Assembly (NCBI GenBank): GCA_002269645.1
Contig: NIVC01004368.1
Span: 1 to 48,330, forward strand
Length of the DNA: 48,330 nt
From: Macrostomum lignano
Taxonomy: Eukaryota
Direction of reading: 5' to 3'
Part shown: positions 1 to 9,200 of the stretch, piece after piece
How the letters are laid out: the number at the start of each line of letters is the position of its first letter
Numbering within the stretch: the stretch's first letter is position 1
Translations under genes and position numbers: made by a program
Notes under the pieces: model-generated
What the model was told of the DNA's origin: nothing
The model's input: only the letters and a program-made list of their open reading frames with translations
Databases searched by the model: none

Positions 1-236
1 AAACTATTATCCATGGATACAAAAAACCAAATGTCTTGTGCTAGTAGTGCTACTAGCTTTAGTAGGTAGTAATACCTGCTGTAAAGAGAAGTGTTTTTTG
101 TTTTACTTTGTCTAATTTCACTAACAAAGTCTGTCTTTTCCGAGACTTAAAGCTAGGTCATACCCCACACCCCAATCATAGCCAATAGGAAATGAGGAAA
201 TATATAGACCTATTCATATCCAAGCTGCCATTCAGA

Positions 237-277
237 GCTGTGGCCATCTTGGTGTATAGCCATCTTGGTCACGTGCC
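237..277 (-). mobile_element. Probable terminal repeat of a Mutator-like DNA transposon family, with the element extending leftwards
   Basis: The reverse complement GACCAAGATGGCTATACACCAAGATGGCCACAGC nearly matches GACCAAGATGGCCACACACCAAGATGGCCACAGC at 47755-47788, which precedes the PHD/FLYWCH-like ORF. Confidence 0.4.
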
Positions 278-740
278 TTTTGGATTTACCCTTATATAAA
301 GTCAAATAAATGGTTGAAAAATAGAAAAATAAGTATAAATAGCATTGTTATAGTTCAAACTATATTTATTAGAAAAGTAGTTCTAGCCTAAGAAATTATA
401 AAATCATAAACACACTTTTTGTCATATGCCTTAGGATATAGGTGATAGTTTAATTTAAGTAGTGTTATCTTTATTCTTTAGTATTTAGCCTTTAGTTTTT
501 TATTTAGTATAGTTTAGTATTTTACCTTATTAGTCCATAAGTCGATTGTTTCAATTTAGCATGCAAAAAGTTTTAAACAAATATTTTAAGCTAAAAAATC
601 TATATGATCAATAAAAATAAGACACTTTACACTAGGGCTCTATAGAGGAGAGTGTCAGAACACATGATGTTGGCTGCACTTTCATGTCAATTTTTCAGAA
701 ATTGTAGTTATATCTATCTAGGTTAAAATGAATTACTTAC

Positions 741-977
741 TGTTGTTTCATAAATAGCAACATTGCACCTATGATGATTGCAGCAGGAAATTTCACATTC
801 TTTTAATGACTCTGTTGGAAGAGAATTTAAAGCAACTGCGCCGTTCGCGATTGAATCTTCAGTTCTGATTATACTTCCTTCTCTGTGTTGAAATTTTGAG
901 CTTCCACAGTGATATGAAACGGCATGACAGTAGTGCCAAATGAAAGCAATATGCAAAGTAATGTAGACCAGATTCAT
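741..977 (-). CDS. First coding exon of a secreted/membrane MANSC-domain protein (LRP11/MANSC-like); remaining exons not resolved and probably extend beyond position 1
   Basis: Signal-peptide-like start MNLVYITLHIAFIWHYCHA, then C...SIIRTEDSIANGA...ECEISCCNHHRCNVAIYE, matching the MANSC pattern (IIRTxDS..GA..L...C...CC....CNVA). The exon ends at a GTAAGT donor (acttac at 735-740), phase 0. Confidence 0.75.
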
Positions 978-2343
978 TGCGAGATTTTCTCTGTAAGGCT
1001 AATTATTCTAAATTCAAAAGTAAGTAAAGTAAGTTAGCTGCTAAATTACTTGGGAAAATGATCAATTGTTTAAATTGTTTCTTAATAAAAATTTTGTTTA
1101 ATACTATATTACTTATACAGCCGTGTTTATATTATGAGAATTAGTTTACATTGAATTTGCCGATCTAAACATCAGCTGATTAAACAAATATACTTACATT
1201 AAACGAAATGACAGCAAAAAGTTGAACTCTAAAAGAAAGCAGTAATACATTTTTGTGTTTATACTTTGTAATACTGTCATAAATTTAAGACAAATAATTC
1301 AATCGCGTTTCGAGTTGCAGAACTCACTCCAATTTTAGTAAATCTTTAAATTTTAAAAAATTGCCTTCGTTGTTCATAATTGCAAGTCATTTAAGGTAGT
1401 GAAATCAGCTAACGAGTAATTGTTCAGCTTGCGCTTACTGAAGCGCAACTGTTTACCCTACATGCAGTGTAATGTAGCTTCACTAAGCACACAATTGGAT
1501 TACTTGCCAGAAAGAAAAATCAAGTATTAAGGACAAGGCCAAAACTGGCAAAAAATTAGCGACAGCTGACGCGGAACGGAAGATGCAAAAAGAAGCACGC
1601 ACGGAGACTAGCTGGGTAACAGCACTCGAATAAGTCTCCGCGGGCCTGTCAAGACTGCAATTTTATTTGGTTTGTTCGCAAACAAGAAACATAAGATCAA
1701 AGGGAAACAGCTTAAGCTATGAATTGCGTATTATCGGAGCAAAATTAATTTGTAGAGCAAACGAACGTGGGTGAAATTGCAACGGCCCTTTAAGTAATAA
1801 AATTAGTATTTTACTTTAATTATCGAATAGTAAATCCAATTCAAACAGCCGCCAAAGATACGAGCTGAAAAGCAATCCAGTTAGTAGTCAAATATAATTA
1901 ATTGAGTACAGAGAAACTGGCGGTGAGTGCGAAAACCGGGGAGAAGGAGATTAACAGGGCGGGCAGAGAATGGCAAAACTCCGTAAGTACAACAACGGGA
2001 CGATGGACTACTGAATAATAAAATATGAAAAAAAACAATTTAACCGGCTAAACATTTTGCGGTTGGACTGACGAAGAGCTGCGCTAAAACGGGAATGAGG
2101 AACTGAGATATAAAACAGTTATAGAGAGATCAATTTAATGAGACTTAAACACAGAAATACTCCGCAGAGTAGTACTTGGATTATACACAAAATTACACAC
2201 AGAAGGCGGATACTCGTATAAACAAATGTTTTTGTTTTTTATTTTTATATTTTTATGCATATAAAAGGGATGTACTGTGATTAAGACAGTTTACTGCAGG
2301 CAAGCCAGGCATGACAGATGGGTAGATTTTAACGCACAAGATT

Positions 2344-2431
<88 letters not shown>

Positions 2432-2459
2432 CTAAGACACACAGACAGACAGACAGACC
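2344..2459 (+). repeat. (GACA)n microsatellite, in the likely 3' UTR of the RRM-Periphilin gene
   Basis: About 22 perfect GACA units followed by degenerate units. Confidence 0.97.
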
Positions 2460-2611
2460 ACTACCAGGGGCAGGGACGAGTCAGACAGCCAAGAACAATA
2501 ACAATACTATTGTATATAACAAAGAGACTAACAAATCCATAGGAAAATAATGCAAACTCGCAAATTACGCCGAACACGGGGATATTAAAGTCAAGAACAC
2601 ACGGAGCGGCG

Positions 2612-2996
2612 CTACGGCACCTGGCCGGACTCCAGGTGACGCACGTAGTCGCGCAGCTCCTCCACGCATTGCTGGCCGATCTCGCGAAGCGTCTCCTTCA
2701 GGGCCGACCGGATCCGCGACTCCAGCTGCGGGTCCTTGCTGATGAGCATCTTCACCACTACGGTGAAGGTGTCGCAGTCCTGCCTGTACGACTCCTCCAG
2801 TTCGGCCTTCTTGGCACGCAGTTTGCCAAGGCTCGACTCCGACAGGCTGCGGGAGCTGCTGGCCGGCGCGCGTCCCGGCGACTTGGAAGCCTCGGCGGCG
2901 TCGGCCGCGGTGCTCGCCTTAGCTAGAGACTCGCGACCACCGACTTCGACGGCGCCGGCGGCAGCGGCGAATCCGGGGGCGACTCCCGCGGCGGGC

Positions 2997-3028
<32 letters not shown>

Positions 3029-3896
3029 AGGAAGCGGGGGAGGCGGCGGCAGGTCGCGAGGGGCGGATGAAGATTTGTCCCTCCTGCCGCTGCCGAGGCT
3101 GCTGTTGCGATCGAGCCGCCTGCTGCCGCTTCTTTTGCTGCTGCGGCTTCTGCTGCCGCGGGCGCTGCTGCCGCTGCTGCTGCGGTGCCTGCGTTTCTTC
3201 TTGCGCTTATTGCGCTTGCGGCGCTCCGACTTCGACGCCGGGCGCGGTCTTGGCGGCGGGGATGGTGGCGGGGGAGTCGGCGACCGAGACCGAGCCATGA
3301 CCGCGACTGGGACGAGCCATGGACCGCGACTGACCGGGACCGGTCAGACACAGACCGGGACCTAGAGCGGGACCTGCTTTGGGATCGGGGCCGGGACGCG
3401 CGGATCTTGAGCGGGACCGGAACGAGATCGCGATCGAACTCGGCGGAATCGGCCGTCAGAAAACTGCTGCTGCTGCTGGCCGTAGCTGTAGGGCGGCCTG
3501 CCCGGTCCGCCGCCCCGTCGGCCGCCGCGGTTGTAGGCGCGGCCTGGCGCCGACGCCACGAATCCGCTGCAGCCGGTCGCGCAGCTCCGGATCGGGCACG
3601 TGCCGCACCCGCGCCGCGCCTTCAGCATGTCGCGGAACCACACGATGCTGACCCGGTTGCCCAGCAGGCTGTTGTCGTGGTACTTCTCCAGCATCTCCTT
3701 GGCGACCTCGTGGGTCTCGAAGCGCAGAGCCACGCTGACAAACGCCTTGTTGAGGTGAAGAAGTCGATGGAGCAGCTGTGCCCCTTGTCAACAAAGAACC
3801 GGCGCACATCGTCGGCCCGGACTTTGGAGGACAGGCCGCGGATGTAAATGCAGTGGCGCGAGGGCGTCACCAGGGCATGTGGTCGCTGCCGCTCAT
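2612..3896 (-). CDS. PPHLN1-like: Intronless RRM + RS/Pro-rich + Periphilin C-terminal domain protein; several single-base frameshifts between ~3300 and ~3880 in this sequence
   Basis: The RRM is split across frames: HCIYIRGLSSKVRADDVRRFFVDKGHSCSIDFF / HLNKAFVSVALRFETHEVAKEMLEKYHDNSLLGNRVSIVWFRD. It is followed by RS repeats and poly-Pro. The C-terminus YRQDCDTFTVVVKMLISKDPQLESRIRSALKETLREIGQQCVEELRDYV closely matches the human periphilin-1 C-terminus as I recall it (YRQDCETFGMVVKMLIEKDPSLEKSIQFALRQNLHEIGERCVEELKHFI). ATG at 3896, preceded by an acceptor-like TTCCAG. Confidence 0.85.
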
Positions 3897-3943
3897 TGGC
3901 GCTCCTCGCTGCTGGAATGTTTTGTAGCCTTGATTGAAGCTAT

Positions 3944-4530
3944 GGGGCGATTCCAGATGTTCAGGGGCGATTCCGGATGTTCAGGGGCGATTCCAGATGT
4001 TCAGGGGCGATTCCGGATGTTCAGGGGCGATTCCAGATATTCAGGGGCGATTCCAGATATTCAGGGAGGGGGTTCTAGATATTCAGGGGCGATTCCAGAT
4101 GTTCAGGGAGGGGGTTCTAGATATTCAGGGGCGATTCCAGATGTTCAGGGAGGGGGTTCTAGATATTCAGGGGCGATTCCAGATGTTCAGGGAGGGGGGT
4201 TCTAGATATTCAGGGGCGATTCCAGATGTTCAGGGGGGATTCTGGATGCTTCGGGGCCGATTCTAGATATTCAGTGGCGATTCCAGATGTTCAGGGGCAA
4301 TTCTGTATATTCAAGGGCGATTCTAGATGTTCAGGGGAGATTCTAGATATTCAAAGGCGATTCCAGATGTTTAGGGGCGATTCTAGATATTCAAGGGCGA
4401 TTCCAGATGTTCAGGGACGATTCTAGATGTTTTGGGGCGATTCTGTATGTTTTGTGGCGATTCTAGATATTCAGAGGTGATTCTAGATGTTTTGGGGCTA
4501 TTCCAGATATTTAAGGGGAGATTCTAGATG
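3944..4530 (+). repeat. 20-bp minisatellite (GGGGCGATTCCAGATGTTCA), ~28 copies degenerating rightwards
   Basis: Visible tandem array, with GGAGGGGG-insert variant units. Confidence 0.95.
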
Positions 4531-4837
4531 TTATAAGTTATGCTTGGGGCTATTTAAGACAATTATGGATATTCCAAAGTTATTTTGTAACATTTAGAGC
4601 CAAGCAACAAATTGTCTTTGTTAAACGCCCTCTACGCTGCCAGAGTCAACAAAAATAAGCTGTTGTCTAATAATCGGTAAAACCGCGGCTTGATAAAAGA
4701 CAAACTACGAGTAAGAAGTATATTTAAGGAAACAGCGCATCCTCGGTTGAGAACGAGCTCCAGATGAGGCTCTCAACAGGTGAGTCTCTGATATAACAAA
4801 AAGATATCTGTGGCACTATGAGCGATAAGGGTTGCTT

Positions 4838-5136
4838 GGATGTTGGTGTGGATTGTGGGGATCTGGGTGTGGGATTGTGGGGATGTGGGTGTGGTATTGT
4901 GGGATGTGGGTGTGGGATTGTAGGGTGGGATTTTAGGGATGTGGGTGTGGTATTGTGTGGATGTGGGATTGTGGGGGTGTGGGTGTGGTATTGTGGGGAT
5001 GTGGGTGTGGGATAGTGGGGTGTGGTATTGTGGGGGTGTGGGTGTGGGATTGTGGGGGTGTGGGTGTGCTATTGTGGGGACTTGGGGATGTGGGATTGTG
5101 GGATGTGGGTGTGGGTGTGTGGGATGTGTGTGTGGG
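4838..5136 (+). repeat. GT-rich minisatellite (GTGGGATTGTGGGGATGTGGGT-like)
   Basis: Degenerate tandem units with many GGG tracts. Confidence 0.9.
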
Positions 5137-5490
5137 ATCCGGTAACTTCTGAAGCAAAAACTTAATCAGAAAAGAGACTAAAAAAGAACAATAAAAAATG
5201 AAAAATATTTAAAAGTAAGATCCAGTCTGACTATACATTTAGTTTTTTGTGCATACAAAGCTGAAGCTCAGAACCAAGCCAAGTGTTTAGCATATTCTAT
5301 GCGGTACAATGTAAAAACTTGCAAGCCTTCCGATAAGGCAAATCGATAAGAACAAACAGGCGGGTTTAGAAAAAAATTAAGGGTAATTCGGTAAAAAAGG
5401 CCTCGAATTCTAAGTAAAACGAAAAAAATTTGTATAAAATCTCAAGCAAGGCGCTCATTTATAAAAAATGGTTTGGTGGCCTCAAGTGAC

Positions 5491-5870
5491 AAGATGAAGG
5501 GAGGTGTCAGTGAAGGCGGGGAGATGAAGGGAGGTGTCAGTGAAGGCGGGGAGATGAAGGGAGGTGTCAGTGAAGGCGGGGAGATGAAGGGAGGTGTCAG
5601 TGAAGGCGGGAGATGAAGGGAGGTGTCAGTGAAGGCGGGGAGATGAAGGGAGGTGTCAGTGAAGGCGGGGAGATGAAGGGAGGTGTCAGTGAAGGCGGGG
5701 AGATGAAGGGAGGCGTCACTGAAGGCGGTGAGATAAAGGGAGGTGTCAGTGAAGACGGGGAGATGAAGGGAGGTGTCAGTGAAGGCGGGAAGATGAATGG
5801 AGGTGCCAGTGAAGGCGGGAAGATGAATGGAGGTGTCAGTGAAGGCGGGGAGATGAAGGGAGAGATGAAC
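5491..5870 (+). repeat. 30-bp minisatellite (GAGATGAAGGGAGGTGTCAGTGAAGGCGGG), ~12 copies, ~200 bp downstream of the NHE stop codon
   Basis: Near-perfect tandem array. Confidence 0.96.
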
Positions 5871-6064
5871 TCAGCAAAGTGGCAGTTTACCAAGCAAAAC
5901 AAAAAATACAAAGATAGAAAATTTGGCTTAAAACTATTAAGATCGAAGCGAAAAGCCGCTCAGAAGGGAGTGAAAGCATCACAAAAATCACAGCCTTGTT
6001 TTATATCGAGAGATTCCGTATAAAAACCCATAAAAAAATCAAACTGTCTGACTCTGTGAGTCTG

Positions 6065-6292
6065 TCACACAATGTGGCCATCGTACAGGTCGATGGAAAC
6101 TGAGCTCGGCACCGCGGCGACAGCCATAAAAGTCGGACTCGACGGTGTTTCCAAGCCGCTGAAGGCCGCGTTGCTAAGGCCGCTGTTGTCATGGTTGGCG
6201 TTGCTAAGGCCGGACGATGCTTCGCCCGGGGCAGACCCGATGGGGCGCTCGTCATCCATTGAATTGGAGAACAGGTCGCGGTGCACCGAGGC
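6065..6292 (-). CDS. SLC9A6-like: NHE terminal exon (ASVHRDLF...YDGHIV*)
   Basis: Acceptor CAATTCAG, in phase 0 with the preceding exon; ends in a stop codon. Sequence is poorly conserved, so the call rests on splice signals. Confidence 0.65.
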   Translation of the reverse strand, partial: ASVHRDLFSNSMDDERPIGSAPGEASSGLSNANHDNSGLSNAAFSGLETPSSPTFMAVAAVPSSVSIDLYDGHIV

Positions 6293-9200
6293 CTGAATTG
6301 GCAGTTCGGATGGGGTGAACAGCAACCAATTTCCCAAACTTGCACCATCTAGCTGAGATCTTGCCCCACACTAGGCACCTCCCTGAGCCCCATAGCAACA
6401 AGCATAACACGAACCCGTGTCAGCTGCTCATCTGTGGTCAGCAGCCGGGCCAGCGGCAGGCAGACAGGCAGGCAGGTCTCAGTCAGCAGCGGCCGGGCGT
6501 GGGTGAGCAGAGGCTTCAGAAATCTGCAGAGCGTTGGTTGAAAATTAATTTTAGCAAAGCGCTGAAGTTGGAACGTCAAAGTGGACAGCGCGATTCCAAA
6601 TTACAGAGAGGCGTTTTGAAGGGAAGCTGCAGAGACTGTCGGTTCCAGCCCGTCTGGAAGTGCGGCTTCCAGTTTAGATTTTATGATTCTGGAGGGTGTG
6701 GGTTCCAGCGGTAACCTTGCTCCGTTTCGGGGAATGTGCTTTTCAGAGGGTGTGGGTTCCGGAGGGTGTGGGTTCCGGAGGGTGTGGGTTCCGGAGGGTG
6801 TGGGTTCCGAAAGGTAGTGGGTCCTAAATGGTGGTGTGGGTTCCGGAGGATGTGGGTTTCGGAGGGTGTGGGTTCCGGAGGGTGTGGGTTTCGGAGGGTG
6901 TGGGTTCCGGAGGGTGTGGGTTTCGGAGGGTGTGGGTTTTAAATGATGGGTCTCGGAGGGTCTGGATTCCGAATGTTGTGGGTCTCGGAGGGTCTGGGTT
7001 CCGAATGTAGTGGGTCTCGGAGGGTCTGGGTTCCGAATTTAGTGGGTCTCGGAGGGTCTGGGTTCCGAATGTAGTGGGTCTCGGAGGGTCTGGGTTCCGA
7101 ATTTAGTGGGTCTCGGAGGGTCTGGGTTCCGAATGTAGTGGGTCTCGGAGGGTCTGGGTTCCGAATGTAGTGGGTCTCGGAGGGTCTGGGTTCCGAATGT
7201 AGTAGTGGTGTGGGTTCCGAAAAGTAGTGGGTTTTAAATGGCGTGGGTTTCGTAGGGTAGGGTGTGGGGTTCGGAGGGTGTGGGTTTCGGAGGGTGTAGG
7301 TTCCGGAGATAGTGGGTTTTAAATGGTGGGGGTTCTAAATAGTGTGGGTTCTGGAGGGTGTGGGTTCTGGAGGGTGTGGGTTCTGGAGGGTGTGGGTTCT
7401 GGAGGGTGTAGGTTCCGGAGACAGTGGGTTTTAAATGGCGGGGGTTCTAAACAGTGTGGGTTACGGAGTGCGTGGGTTCCGGAGGGTGAGGCTTGTCAAG
7501 AATTTATCACCACATCGAGCTTCACCAGTAATAGCCCTAATCCCGCACAAGCAAACATCGGACACTGCTCTTACCGAATGTCCAACAGGTGCCAGAGCCT
7601 CGCCAGCCGTCCCTCATATTTGTGATGAGCGCCGCGGCGGCACAGACTGCCGCTCACCGCCTGTTCTTCGCCGACTTCGGCGGCGTCAAAGTCGTCTGGG
7701 GCGTCGGCGGCGGCTTCGACGCCACCTGGCGAATTCTGCGGGAATTTTCAACGACTGATGTGATTTCGAATGTGAATCGTTAGAAATAGCTGGACCCTTC
7801 TGGGTGTGCCAGCAGAATTCAAATTAGTTCATTAGTTAAAAACCATCGGTTAGTGAGCTGCTGACCATAAGGGGGCAGAGCAGCTGACCCTGGAGCCACG
7901 ACCCCAGGTTTAATTCCGTGGCTTTTAACAGTAGAAAGACCACGCTGTTTTTCCCCATGGGGAATGTATTACAAATACACACAACCAAATTTTTCACCAT
8001 AGCTCGCAAACCGAATAACCGATTTTCGTAAAAGTCCACCATTTGGATTAAATTCCCCCCCCTTTCCAACGAATTAACTTTCAAAGTCATCCGACGTCAG
8101 CATCGTCAAGATATTCAACGATTCTTGTCGAAGACACTGGTGGAAAGGACAACCAACACTACACTGTATAAACCTTTATGGTGAATCCATATTGGCTCAA
8201 TAATCTGGGTCCATCTGTCGGAGAGGCCTTTCTTCTCAGCATCCCAGGAACTAGGGTCCCCTTCATCACCGTCTGGAGCATCGGCGGCGACCGTCGGGAC
8301 CTTCAACAAAAGCACCCGATCGGCATCGCAGAGACGGCTGCGTTCCCGAAACTGAAATGGAAGAATCCTCTTCTGCATGCAGCATTCAGTCAGTAGACAT
8401 AATCGGTGAATGAAATGGACGATGGCGACCCTCTAGGTTGACCTGTAGACATACAAGCGACCTTCGGGACCTTCAACGGAGTGCCACAACGCGGCCCCGA
8501 CGAACTGGCACCCCCAACATCGTGAATTTTCTGTCAAGGCACCAAACCAGGCATGTCTGCATATTATACATTGGTCCTGCAGCATGTTCAGCATTCAGCT
8601 GTCCGGACGACCTTCGGGACCTTCAACAGAGTGCCACCACGCGGCCCCGACAAACTGGCACCCCCAACATCGTGATTTTTCTGTCAAGGCACCAAACCAG
8701 GCATGTCTGCATATTATACATTGGTCCTGCACCATGTTCAGCATTCAGCTCTGTCTGGACGACAGAGGCACCAAACCAGGCATGTCTGCATATTATACAG
8801 GAGTCAGCCGAATGGGCAGGATTGCATCTAAAGGTAGCGGGAGGGAGCCCGCAGTCCTGCAATTATGGTTAAATTGTTATTATTATTATTTATATTACTC
8901 TGCTAAACGTGAAGACTTTAACACTTGGGCTACATGTAGGAGTAATGCAGGTGAACAATCAGGCAGTTAATTACTAATGAGGCATTGTTTACCCTGCTCG
9001 ACAAGAGCCAATCGGGTGCGGGCACTGGCGGTAGCAATGGAAAGCAGAAAGAATGCAAAGCTTTAACAGTTATAATAAAAAAGCAACCAAAAAATTGCGG
9101 GTTATTGAGAACTAGTTACACTAATGCGGTGCACTGTTCATGAATGAAAGCTAACTAAAACTACCTGTTGAACCAGGCAGTAGCTGTCCGAGCTGACCGC

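Noticed and set aside
1-660. Candidate downstream MANSC exons (acceptors near 640 and 80)
   Set aside because: Neither gave the expected CYLFxC continuation without a nearby stop.
2636-3847. Several long plus-strand ORFs
   Set aside because: They are antisense shadows of GC-rich coding sequence.
4640-4790. Plus-strand exon-like segment with a CAG|GTGAGT donor at 4780
   Set aside because: I could not build a coherent multi-exon frame or recognise a product.
3879-5157. ORFs within the 20-bp and GT-rich arrays
   Set aside because: They are repeat-derived and show no domain signal.
5613-6023. 136-aa ORF of MKGGVSEGGE repeats
   Set aside because: The 30-bp unit is stop-free by chance, and the ORF lies antisense in the NHE 3' region.
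8115-8378. 87-aa minus ORF as the missing NHE exon
   Set aside because: Its acceptor is phase 0 rather than phase 1, it shows no NHE similarity, and part of it resembles the adjacent 150-bp repeat.
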